Under the pieces are notes generated by a model, which worked only from the letters and a program-made list of their open reading frames with translations, was not told the origin of the DNA and searched no databases. Below, one piece after another: positions 1 to 8,562 of a stretch of 64,000 nucleotides of DNA. The position numbers and the translations under genes were made by a program. Source of the stretch: Verrucomicrobiales bacterium (GTDB lineage Bacteria > Verrucomicrobiota > Verrucomicrobiia > Limisphaerales > UBA9464); the NCBI GenBank assembly GCA_005793375.1, contig SXSK01000318.1, positions 905-64,904 on the forward strand, in the 5' to 3' direction. Within the stretch, counting starts at the first letter, position 1; every line of letters starts with the position of its first letter.

Positions 1-900
1 GCCGGCACTAATCAGGACACTGGACTCGATCATGCAACCGATCATGGTTTTCAACCCGATGGCTCGAGCGGCTTCCAGTGCAGCTTTCGCAGCCGAAATC
101 CCGCCAGTCTTTACCAGTTTCACGTTAACGCCGTGGTAGCATCGGGCGCAGTGAGCGGCATCGGCGGCGGATTGATAGGATTCGTCCGCAATCAAGGGCA
201 ACGGGGAGTGTTCTTTCAACCAGACCAGATCGTCTTCTGAGGACGAGGGCGGCATGGGTTGTTCGACAAACTCAATTCGACCATCGGCCGCCATCCATTC
301 AATTTGGCACAAGGCTTCTTCCTTGGTCCGCCATGCTGCATTGGCGTCGACGCGAATCGGCTTATCGGGTGCCGCTCGGCGAAGTGCCGACAGGTTTTCG
401 CGGTCCGCTGGACTTCCAACCTTCATTTTCAGAATTGTGTACCCATCCGCTTCGCGCGTCTTTCGTTCGATCATTTCGGGGGTATCCAGTCCGATGGTGA
501 ACGAGGATACCTGGCATTGGTGCTGAAATGGGAGACCTAGGAATCCGCTGACGGGTTGGCCAGCCGCCTTGGCGGCCCCGTCCAGGAGGGCTAGGTTGAC
601 GGCGCATTTGGCGGGATATCGACCCGGTGCGATGGTATCGAGGTACGCCATGCTGGCCGGGATGTTGTCGAACGAGAGTTGATGTGGGTCGATTTTGTCC
701 AGGAATTGCCGCACCGTTTCGTGAGATTCCTGGTATTGATTGGATGGTGAGCCCTCGCCGATTCCGCTGCGGCCTTGGGAGTCCTGGAGTTCCACAAACA
801 CTACGGGGTAAAGGCGTTTGCCCCCGGAACCGAGGTCGGAAGAAATCGCCCATTCATGGGTCAATTGGAGGTCAAACCGCCGGTGCCGAAGTCGCATCAT
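1..900 (-). CDS. Enolase-superfamily (MR/MLE) enzyme, dipeptide (L-Ala-D/L-Glu) epimerase-like; 3' end beyond window
   Basis: Absent from the ORF track because it runs off the left edge. My reverse-strand translation from ATGATG (900-895) stays open to position 1: MMRLRHRRFDLQLTHEWAISS...DGYTILKMKVG...PIRVDANAAW...EFVEQP...LIADES...GVNVKLVKTGG...MIGCMIESS. The KxK, D, E, D, K order matches the catalytic and metal ligands of MR/MLE enzymes. Confidence 0.8.
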   Translation of the reverse strand, partial: MMRLRHRRFDLQLTHEWAISSDLGSGGKRLYPVVFVELQDSQGRSGIGEGSPSNQYQESHETVRQFLDKIDPHQLSFDNIPASMAYLDTIAPGRYPAKCAVNLALLDGAAKAAGQPVSGFLGLPFQHQCQVSSFTIGLDTPEMIERKTREADGYTILKMKVGSPADRENLSALRRAAPDKPIRVDANAAWRTKEEALCQIEWMAADGRIEFVEQPMPPSSSEDDLVWLKEHSPLPLIADESYQSAADAAHCARCYHGVNVKLVKTGGISAAKAALEAARAIGLKTMIGCMIESSVLISAG

Positions 901-1163
901 TGGAAGGAAACGATGAATTGGAACGGGACTGAGTCCAAGGACCAATCCGCGTGTCTCCCTGAAACGAATGTGGTGTCGACGGTCGTCTCGACTCTGGGGG
1001 TGGCTGGGTTTGGTGGTTGCGTGAGTCGTTGGGTGAGACTGAGTTGATGGATTACAATACAACGTTTCGTTGTAACGCATCGACGGACAAGGCGGTCTTT
1101 AAAGACGCATGCGGTCGTGCAGGTCGCAAACACAAAAATAAATCAACACGTTAGGATCCTGTT

Positions 1164-1733
1164 ATGAAGCGAGTATCTCAATGGTTTGCTGTAGCTGCTT
1201 TAGCCACGGCGTTCACGATTCAAACCGTGAGCCTCCAGGCTCAAGAAGGGGGTCAAGACGCCCCGCGCCAAAGTCGACGCCAAGGTGGTGGTGGCCAGGG
1301 TGGCCCCGGGAACTTCGACCCAGAGCAAGCCAGACAACGCATGATGGAGCGGTACCGGGAACAATTGGGTGTGAAGGATGAGACCGAGTGGAAATTGATC
1401 CAGACACGCATTGAAAAGGTGAGTGAAGCTCGCCGTGAAGTTGGTATGCGCGGAATGGGATTTGCTATGGGTGGTCGAGGAGGTGGTTCAGCGGGAGCTG
1501 GTGGTAGTGGTGGTCGGCGCGGATTCGGCGGCGAGCCGAGTGCGGAAGCGGAAGCGTTGCAAAAAGCAGTGGATTCGAACGCGTCGTCGGACGAGATCAA
1601 AGCTAAATTGACCGCGCTTCGCACAGCGAACAAGGACAAGGAAGCCAAGTTGGAAAAGGCTCAGGACGATTTGCGCAAGGTGCTGACTGTAAAGCAGGAA
1701 GCTTCTGCGGTTCTCTTGGGCTTGCTCAAGTGA
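1164..1733 (+). CDS. Secreted Gly/Arg-rich coiled-coil protein, possibly Spy/CpxP-like (LTxxQ)
   Basis: 189-aa ORF with an N-terminal signal peptide (MKRVSQWFAVAALATAFTIQTVSLQAQ), RGG/GGF low-complexity blocks, helical charged segments and a C-terminal LTVKQ motif. It sits immediately upstream of gspE on the same strand. Confidence 0.7.
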   Translation: MKRVSQWFAVAALATAFTIQTVSLQAQEGGQDAPRQSRRQGGGGQGGPGNFDPEQARQRMMERYREQLGVKDETEWKLIQTRIEKVSEARREVGMRGMGFAMGGRGGGSAGAGGSGGRRGFGGEPSAEAEALQKAVDSNASSDEIKAKLTALRTANKDKEAKLEKAQDDLRKVLTVKQEASAVLLGLLK

Positions 1734-1784
1734 CGTGATGAAGACTTCACACACGGCGCAGAATTGACGACGCTTCGTAACCCA

Positions 1785-3548
1785 ATGGCCACCACCAACC
1801 CCCCAGCTGAATTGCTCCATCGCATGGTGACCGACAAACAATTGTCGGCTGCGGATGCGAATGCCCTTACCCAGCCCTCAAACGGGTTGGCAGCGGCGGG
1901 GGTTGGTGGTTCCATGGACTCCGAGTCGGATATCCTACGGTGGTTGGCGCAGGAATACGGCCTGGGGTTTTCCACGCTCGAGGATGTAGAGCCTGAGAAG
2001 GAGGTGTTGGGGTTGTTTCCTGCTCGGATACTTCTCAAAGAAGACCTGCTACCGCTGAGACGAACCAACGGTTTGATCGAAATCGCCACGTGTCGGCTCT
2101 TTCAAACACAAGGGTTGGATGCTCTCAAAACCATGACTGGGCTGCGGTTGCAGCCGATTTTAGCGACTCGCGAGGCGATCCAACGCGAAATGAAAAAGCG
2201 CCTAGGAGTCGGCGCAGACACCATCGATACCCTTGACGAAGAGACGTCCTTTCAGGTGGTTAGCGATGATAACGACGACAACAACGATCTCGACAGTGCA
2301 GCTGAGGACGCGTCGATCATCCGCTTCGTCAACCAGGTGCTTCGCGATGCGATTGAACTGCGCGCGTCCGACATCCACCTCGAACCTTTCGAAGACGCGT
2401 TACGGATTCGATACCGTATTGACGGTGTGCTCCAAGAAGTGCCGGTGCCCGCGCAAATCAAACGATTTCAACCGGCGATTGTATCCCGCGTCAAAATTCT
2501 GAGCCACCTGAACATCGCCGAAAAGCGGTTGCCGCAGGACGGCCGAATCAAAATTCGCCTGGACGATGCCGAGGTGGATATCCGGGTGTCCGTGATTCCG
2601 ATGCTTCACGGAGAAGCGGTGGTCATGCGTTTGTTGCGGCAGAACTCAACCTTGCGCGGCATGGGACAGTTGGGCCTGGATCCCCGAGATTTGAAGGCGT
2701 TTCGACGGGTGTTGGCATTGCCACACGGGATTGTGCTAGTGACCGGTCCTACCGGAAGCGGCAAGACATCGACGCTTTATACGGCTCTCAATGAGATTAA
2801 TGATGCGGTTCGGAAGATCATTACGATTGAGGATCCCATTGAATACCAGTTACGGGGGATCAACCAGATTCAGGTTTCTGAGAAGGCGGGTCTGACCTTT
2901 TCGCGAGGATTACGTTCCATACTGCGTCACGATCCCGATGTTATTTTGGTGGGTGAAATCCGGGATCGGGAGACTGCGCAGATTGCGGTGCAGGCGTCGC
3001 TGACGGGGCATTTGGTCTTCTCGACGTTGCATACGAACGATGCGCCGGGTGCGCTGACGCGTTTGGTGGACATGGGGGTGGAACCGTATTTGGTGGCGTC
3101 CTCTTTGGAGGCGGTGTTGGCGCAGCGGCTGGTTCGCGTGCTCTGTCCCCATTGCCGCCGGGTGGATACCTCACCAGCGAGCCAGGCGATACACAGTCAG
3201 TTGAAGTTTGGCTCTGATGTCGTGATTTACAAAGCGATTGGTTGCCGGCAGTGCCGCAACACCGGATATCACGGACGTCGCGCCATTTTCGAATGGATGG
3301 ATGCCACTCATGAAGTGCGTCGCCTGATTCTGCGCAATGCATCGAGCGGTGAGATTCGAGATGCTGCGCGGCGCAACGGACTGAGGCTGCTTTCCGAAGA
3401 TGGATGGCGTTTGGTGCGCGAAGGAATCACAACGCCTGAAGAGGTGCTACGGGTTACCAAGGATCAATCGCTCGGGGAAGAGGACGATGCTGCCGCAGCA
3501 GAAATCGTGACGACCACAACGGGTGTTGAAGCGCCGGGCGAGTCGTGA
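1785..3548 (+). CDS. gspE: Type II secretion / type IV pilus assembly ATPase GspE/PilB family
   Basis: N-terminal T2SSE_N/MshEN-like domain, Walker A GPTGSGKTST, Walker B ILVGEIRD, His box GHLVFSTLHTN and a tetracysteine CPHC...CRQC. The track ORF opens at TTG 1764; the first ATG is at 1785. Confidence 0.95.
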   Translation: MATTNPPAELLHRMVTDKQLSAADANALTQPSNGLAAAGVGGSMDSESDILRWLAQEYGLGFSTLEDVEPEKEVLGLFPARILLKEDLLPLRRTNGLIEIATCRLFQTQGLDALKTMTGLRLQPILATREAIQREMKKRLGVGADTIDTLDEETSFQVVSDDNDDNNDLDSAAEDASIIRFVNQVLRDAIELRASDIHLEPFEDALRIRYRIDGVLQEVPVPAQIKRFQPAIVSRVKILSHLNIAEKRLPQDGRIKIRLDDAEVDIRVSVIPMLHGEAVVMRLLRQNSTLRGMGQLGLDPRDLKAFRRVLALPHGIVLVTGPTGSGKTSTLYTALNEINDAVRKIITIEDPIEYQLRGINQIQVSEKAGLTFSRGLRSILRHDPDVILVGEIRDRETAQIAVQASLTGHLVFSTLHTNDAPGALTRLVDMGVEPYLVASSLEAVLAQRLVRVLCPHCRRVDTSPASQAIHSQLKFGSDVVIYKAIGCRQCRNTGYHGRRAIFEWMDATHEVRRLILRNASSGEIRDAARRNGLRLLSEDGWRLVREGITTPEEVLRVTKDQSLGEEDDAAAAEIVTTTTGVEAPGES

Positions 3549-3555
3549 AACGATC

Positions 3556-4884
3556 ATGGCACTTTATCAATACCGCGCACTTCAGTCTGACGGCCGAATC
3601 ACCGAAGGTGAACTTGAGGCGGGTGGGCGCCAGGAGGCGTTGCGCCAGATAGAGGGCCGCGGATTGCGTCCCGTTCGGCTGAAAGAAGGTAGCGGGCCGA
3701 GCAACAGTTCTTCCTCGGGTGCCAGCTCACGCTCCGGCAGTCGGTCCTCCGGGCGGGAATCGGGACGCGACAACGGGAGGCCCAAGGAAAAGGATGCGGC
3801 TTCCAAGACCGCTGCTGGCAAGTCCTTTCAGCTGGGAGGTTCGGGCAAGATAACCGCCCGAATGTTGGAGAATTTTACGAGATTGCTTTCGAGCCTGCTC
3901 GCCGCCGGGGTGCCTTTAGGGCGCGCCCTGGTGATCCTCGTCAAGGAAGCCTCGTCCCCAGCTGCCGGAGCCCAGTGGAAAAAAGTCCACGACCTCGTGG
4001 TGGATGGGTTGTCGTTGGCGGATGCCATGGCCCGGTCTCCTGAGACATTCCCCCGGGTTTATACGGCCATGGTTGAGGCGGGGGAAACCGGTGGATTTTT
4101 GGACGTCGTGCTGGCTCAGATCGCCGACTTTCAGGCGCGCGAGAAAGAGATGCGATCCAAGGTGATGACCGCCCTGATGTATCCGATGATCTTGCTCTTC
4201 CTGGCGCTGGCGGTCTTGGTTTTCTTGATGGTGTTTTTCATCCCTCGCTTTCAGACAATATTTACCGGGTTTGGCGCTAAACTACCATTACTCACCCAAC
4301 TGATTGTCAGCACGAGCGAATTCATGCGCAGTTATGGGTTGTTCGCAGTGGTGGGTCTGGGTATTGGCGGCTACATGCTGAGGACTTGGTTTCTTTCCGA
4401 GCAGGGGCGCCGCAGCTGGGAGGGGTTGATCCTGCGCTCTCCCGTCGTGGGTTCGTTGGTGGCACAATTTGCGATGGCGCGTTTTTGCCGGATGCTGGGC
4501 ACGTTACTAGGGGCGGGTGTGCCTTTGGTCAATGGGCTCAATGTCGCCCGGCGGTCCATCGGTAACCAGATCCTGGTGGACGCGGTCTCTAATTCCATCG
4601 AGCGCGTGAAAGAGGGCAAACAACTGGGCCCGAGCCTGGGCGATTGCCGCACATTGTTCTCTGGATCGACGCTGGAAATGATCTCGGTCGCTGAGGAAAG
4701 CGGACGTTTGGATGCTGAGTTGGTACGGATTGCAAACGTGACGGAGTCGGATTTGGACCGCCAATTGAAGACGGCGGTCGCTTTAGCGGAGCCGCTGATG
4801 CTCTTTTTGATCGCGGGGTTTATCGGCACTATTTTTATCGGCATGGTCATTCCGATTTTTTCGCTGCAAGACCATATCAAGTAA
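3556..4884 (+). CDS. gspF: Inner-membrane platform protein GspF/PilC family
   Basis: Canonical N-terminus MALYQYRALQSDGRITEGELEA, two GspF repeats (LSSLLAAGVPLGRAL and LGTLLGAGVPLVNGL) and three TM segments. Carries an unusual Ser/Gly/Arg-rich insertion of roughly 45 aa after the first cytoplasmic subdomain. The first ATG is 8 nt after the gspE stop. Confidence 0.93.
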   Translation: MALYQYRALQSDGRITEGELEAGGRQEALRQIEGRGLRPVRLKEGSGPSNSSSSGASSRSGSRSSGRESGRDNGRPKEKDAASKTAAGKSFQLGGSGKITARMLENFTRLLSSLLAAGVPLGRALVILVKEASSPAAGAQWKKVHDLVVDGLSLADAMARSPETFPRVYTAMVEAGETGGFLDVVLAQIADFQAREKEMRSKVMTALMYPMILLFLALAVLVFLMVFFIPRFQTIFTGFGAKLPLLTQLIVSTSEFMRSYGLFAVVGLGIGGYMLRTWFLSEQGRRSWEGLILRSPVVGSLVAQFAMARFCRMLGTLLGAGVPLVNGLNVARRSIGNQILVDAVSNSIERVKEGKQLGPSLGDCRTLFSGSTLEMISVAEESGRLDAELVRIANVTESDLDRQLKTAVALAEPLMLFLIAGFIGTIFIGMVIPIFSLQDHIK

Positions 4885-4885
4885 G

Positions 4886-4920
4886 CAAACTGAACTGAAC
4901 TAAACTGAACTGAACGGAAC
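4886..4920 (+). repeat. Seven tandem NRAAC pentamers (caaac tgaac tgaac taaac tgaac tgaac ggaac) in the gspF-gspG spacer
   Basis: Read directly. The array starts just after the gspF stop codon and ends 12 nt before the gspG ATG. No Shine-Dalgarno-like sequence lies between it and the ATG. Confidence 0.9.
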
Positions 4921-4932
4921 AATCTCCAGACA

Positions 4933-5412
4933 ATGAAATTGAACGTTTCCTCACGCAATCGTCGCCCTGCGGCGCGGCGGCGTGGCTTCACCCTGATCGA
5001 GCTGCTGTTGGTGCTGGTCATCCTCGGAATTCTTGCGGCGATTGTGGTGCCGAAGTTTTCGGGGCGGACCGAGCAGGCTCGCGTGGCGGCCGTCAAATCC
5101 CAAATCTCCATCCTGGGCACGGCGTTGGACGCATACGAAGTGGACATGGGGTCGTATCCCAAAGGGAAGAGTGGTTTAAATGATCTCCTCAATGCGCCGT
5201 CTGGAGGGGATCTCAACTGGAAAGGTCCCTACATAAAGAACGAGATTCCCAAGGATCCTTGGGGAAATGATTACATCTACGAGTTTCCTGGGAAACATGG
5301 GGGTGGCACCAAGAACAGCGCAGCTTCCTACGATCTCATGTCGATGGGACCGGACGGACGAGTTGGCGGAGACGATGACATCACGAGTTGGGACAACGCG
5401 AATCGACGCTGA
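4933..5412 (+). CDS. gspG: Major pseudopilin GspG
   Basis: Prepilin leader plus RRRG|FTLIELLLVLVILGILAAIVVP, and the GspG signature PKDPWGNDYIY with a terminal DGxxGxDDDI calcium-site-like motif. Confidence 0.93.
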   Translation: MKLNVSSRNRRPAARRRGFTLIELLLVLVILGILAAIVVPKFSGRTEQARVAAVKSQISILGTALDAYEVDMGSYPKGKSGLNDLLNAPSGGDLNWKGPYIKNEIPKDPWGNDYIYEFPGKHGGGTKNSAASYDLMSMGPDGRVGGDDDITSWDNANRR

Positions 5413-6040
5413 TCGACCTCGGTCGATGGCTGCTTTCACGCTGATCGAACTGATCTGCGTGATGAGTTTGCTGATCATCGTTGTCGGAGTGGTCTCGCCA
5501 TCACTGTCGGGGTTTTACCGTGGTCGAAACTTGGATTCTGAAGTGCGACGGTTTTATTCACTGACGCTGTATGGCCAACAACGAGCGATTTCTGAAGGCA
5601 TGCCGATGCTGCTCTGGATTGATCCAGACGAGCGGCGGTATGGATTACAGGCGGAATTCTCCTTCCAGCAACAGGACGAAAAGTCGGTGGACTACCGGCT
5701 CGATGAGAATGTGGCTGTACAATTTGAGCGAGGTGCGGTGGCAGGCGGGTTTGGCTTGGGGTCCGGTTCCGCCTCCACGTCGAGTTCTGCACAGCGAGGA
5801 ACGTCGTCGAGTGTCGTCCGTGCGGCGGCACAGGCGTCACGATTCGGTCGAAACACAGGGATTTTGCGATTTGAAGCGGATGGGTCGATTGACTCGAGCA
5901 GTCCATTGGCGGTCGGATTCTATGATCAAGACAAAACGGGTATGCGGGAGAGCGATCGCCGCAAGAGTGTCTGGGTGGGTCAGCGCCTTAACGGGTTGAG
6001 TTATGAGATTCAGACCAATCAAACAGCCTATGCGCGCTGA
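5375..6040 (+). CDS. Minor pseudopilin, GspH-like (prepilin-type N-terminal domain)
   Basis: Has ...RPRSMAA|FTLIELICVMSLLIIVVGVVSP. Start uncertain: ATG 5375 gives a 20-aa basic leader and overlaps the gspG 3' end, while ATG 5426 gives a 3-aa leader. Ala rather than Gly precedes the FTLIE. Confidence 0.75.
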   Translation: MTSRVGTTRIDADRPRSMAAFTLIELICVMSLLIIVVGVVSPSLSGFYRGRNLDSEVRRFYSLTLYGQQRAISEGMPMLLWIDPDERRYGLQAEFSFQQQDEKSVDYRLDENVAVQFERGAVAGGFGLGSGSASTSSSAQRGTSSSVVRAAAQASRFGRNTGILRFEADGSIDSSSPLAVGFYDQDKTGMRESDRRKSVWVGQRLNGLSYEIQTNQTAYAR

Positions 6041-6446
6041 AGGCATCCTCCGGGATCGTCGCCAGGTGGCGCGCCGTCAACTGACGGCTGGGTTTACGTT
6101 GGTCGAAGCACTGGCGTCGCTCGCTTTTTTGTCCATCGTGATTCCGGTGGCGGTACAGGGGCTTCGGATAGGTAACTTGGCTGGACAGGTCGCGGAGCGC
6201 AAATCGGACGCAGCCCGCATTGGAGACAAGGTGCTGAGCGAGCTGGTCGCCACTAGACAGTGGCAACAGGCAGCATCCAGTGGAAGCGTTGAAGAAGCGG
6301 GTCGGGAATTTCGCTGGCAGCTCCAGACCACCAGTTGGAACAAGGAAGCCATGCGTCAGCTTACCCTGATCGTGACGTATGCGGTTCAGGGCCAATCCTA
6401 TGATGTGCGTCTCAGCACGCTGGTGGATCCGTCGGCTGAATTATGA
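6003..6446 (+). CDS. Minor pseudopilin, GspI-like
   Basis: RRQLTAG|FTLVEALASLAFLSIVIPV and a small (about 110 aa) mature domain. Overlaps the upstream stop; an alternative ATG is at 6030. Confidence 0.8.
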   Translation: MRFRPIKQPMRAEGILRDRRQVARRQLTAGFTLVEALASLAFLSIVIPVAVQGLRIGNLAGQVAERKSDAARIGDKVLSELVATRQWQQAASSGSVEEAGREFRWQLQTTSWNKEAMRQLTLIVTYAVQGQSYDVRLSTLVDPSAEL

Positions 6447-7195
6447 TGTCGCACCCCCCAGTTACCGCCGGTAGTCGTTTGGAACGTCGTGCATTCACCT
6501 TGCTTGAATTGCTACTCGCCATCGCCGTGTTTGCTGTTGTTTTGTCGGCGATCAACGGGGTGTTCTGGGGTGCCTTGCGGCTCCGCAACAAGACCAGCCA
6601 AATGTTGGAGCGATCCGTTCCAGTGAACCAGGCGATGCTGATTCTTCGACGTGATCTTGCCGGAATTCTGCCCCCTGGCGGCACATTTGCTGGTCAATTC
6701 AAAAGCGATGTCACATCGATCGATACCACTTGGGGCACTCCGACCGGACCTGAGATTCGGACGACAACGGGACGCGTCGATGAGTTGCAGCCGTGGGGGG
6801 AAGTCCAAAAGGTCGTGTATTACCTGCGGCCGCCCACCAATGGGATGAGCGCTGTGGGTTTTGATCTGCTCCGAGTGATCACTCGAAACTTGGCGCCAGC
6901 GCTGGCAGAGGAACAGGTCGCGCAGACCTTGATGAGTGGTGTCACCGAAATGACTTTTGAATATTACGACGGGAGCAGTTGGCGGACGACCTGGGATTCG
7001 ACGACTGAAACCACGGTCTTGCCTCGGGCAATTCGAGTTCAAATGCAGTTGGCGGACCAGGATCCTGAGGGAGGTACGCCAACCTCGGGCATGTTGCGAG
7101 TGAGCCGAAAACCTCTGGAGCTAGTGGTCCCCCTTTTGGTGCGGCCCGGCACGAATCAAACTCAAATCGCTTCTGCGGGAACGACCACGCCATGA
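6443..7195 (+). CDS. Minor pseudopilin, GspJ-like
   Basis: LERRA|FTLLELLLAIAVFAVVLSAINGVF with a mature domain of about 220 aa. The ATG overlaps the upstream TGA (ATGATG/TGA coupling). Confidence 0.8.
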   Translation: MMSHPPVTAGSRLERRAFTLLELLLAIAVFAVVLSAINGVFWGALRLRNKTSQMLERSVPVNQAMLILRRDLAGILPPGGTFAGQFKSDVTSIDTTWGTPTGPEIRTTTGRVDELQPWGEVQKVVYYLRPPTNGMSAVGFDLLRVITRNLAPALAEEQVAQTLMSGVTEMTFEYYDGSSWRTTWDSTTETTVLPRAIRVQMQLADQDPEGGTPTSGMLRVSRKPLELVVPLLVRPGTNQTQIASAGTTTP

Positions 7196-8562
7196 AAGCC
7201 GTGCCGCTGTTCCGATCTATGGTCGCAGAGAATCGGCGACAGGCTGAGGGTTCAGTCTTGGTGATCGTACTCTGGATTTCGCTCGGCTTGGTGAGTTTGG
7301 CGATTTATTTCGCCCAGACGACATCCCTGGCGCTCAAAGCGTCTGACCAGCGCTTGGCAGGGCTTGAGGCGGAACGGGTGATGGAAGGGGCGACGCGCTA
7401 TCTCTCGTATGTTCTTGCCAACACGGAACAACATGGCGTACCGCCGCTGATCCAAAATTATTTGCGCGACGCAGTTGGGGTTGGCGACGCGACTTTCTGG
7501 CTGGTGGGCCGGGATCCCCAGCAAGTGAATCCCAACGCTCCCTACTTCGGTTTGGTCGACGAAAGTTCCAAACTGAATCTGAATACGGCTACTCAGGAAA
7601 TGCTGGAGCTGTTGCCGATCCCGGGGATTAACGAGGTGGCGTCGGCAATTCTAGACTGGCGTGACGCCGATTCCGAGGTGCGGACTGGCGGGGCTGAGGA
7701 TGAGACCTATTTACGTTTGAACCCACCTTATCGGTGCAAAAACGGAAACTTCGAAACCATTGACGAGCTTCGCCAAGTCAAAGGAGTTGCCATGGAGATG
7801 CTTTATGGCGAGGACGCCAATCGCAACGGCGTGTTGGATCCGAACGAAAACGATGGTGACGCCACGCCGCCGAGCGACAATCGCGATGGTCGATTGGATC
7901 CGGGGCTGGTAGAGTATCTCACTGCGTTCAGTCGTGAATCAAACCTGACGACCAATGGAACTCAGAGGGTGAATATGGTGGGAGCTGGTGCTGCACGCCG
8001 TGCGGCTACCGTGTTACAACAGAAGTTTGGTGCGGCTCGCTCCAACGAGATTTTGGCGCGGCTTGGGAATGCCAATGTGCAGTCGGTTCTCGAGTTCTTC
8101 ATCCGCAGCCAGATGACCGCGGATGAATTTGCCCAGATTGGGCCGGAGTTGACGATGTCGAATGGCTCGTCGCAGGCGGGATTGGTGAATGTGAACACGG
8201 CCAGCGAAGCGGTGCTGGCCTGTATCCCGGGTATTGGCGTGAATAATGCGCCTCAGCTGGTGAGTTATCGGCTGTCGAATCCGGACAAACTGACTTCGGT
8301 GGCCTGGGTGGCGGAAGTATTGGATCGGGCGAGTGCCTTCCGGGCGGGGCCTTATCTGACCGGATATAGTTACCAATACACTGCGGACATTTCGGCGACG
8401 GGCCGGCTCGGGCGGGGGTATCGTCGGTGGCAGGTGGTGTTGGACACCACCGAGACGGTACCCCGAGTAATTTATCAACGCGACTTGAGCTACCTGGGTT
8501 GGGCCTTGGGACAGCAAGTGCGGACACAACAACAACAGCAGTTGGCGAGAATGACCCGATGA
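7192..8562 (+). CDS. gspK: GspK-like minor pseudopilin (no cleavable FTLIE motif, helix-hairpin-helix modules)
   Basis: N-terminal TM SVLVIVLWISLGLVSLAIYF, then LNLNTATQEMLELLPIPGI and VNVNTASEAVLACIPGIG, the repeats typical of GspK. Overlaps the gspJ-like stop by 4 nt. Confidence 0.85.
   Translation: MKAVPLFRSMVAENRRQAEGSVLVIVLWISLGLVSLAIYFAQTTSLALKASDQRLAGLEAERVMEGATRYLSYVLANTEQHGVPPLIQNYLRDAVGVGDATFWLVGRDPQQVNPNAPYFGLVDESSKLNLNTATQEMLELLPIPGINEVASAILDWRDADSEVRTGGAEDETYLRLNPPYRCKNGNFETIDELRQVKGVAMEMLYGEDANRNGVLDPNENDGDATPPSDNRDGRLDPGLVEYLTAFSRESNLTTNGTQRVNMVGAGAARRAATVLQQKFGAARSNEILARLGNANVQSVLEFFIRSQMTADEFAQIGPELTMSNGSSQAGLVNVNTASEAVLACIPGIGVNNAPQLVSYRLSNPDKLTSVAWVAEVLDRASAFRAGPYLTGYSYQYTADISATGRLGRGYRRWQVVLDTTETVPRVIYQRDLSYLGWALGQQVRTQQQQQLARMTR

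Noticed and set aside
216-853. Track ORFs 216-419, 254-526, 259-540, 362-853 and 591-797
   Set aside because: All overlap the unlisted minus-strand epimerase frame, which translates into a clean enolase-superfamily protein. The listed ORFs are Arg/Pro-rich shadow frames.
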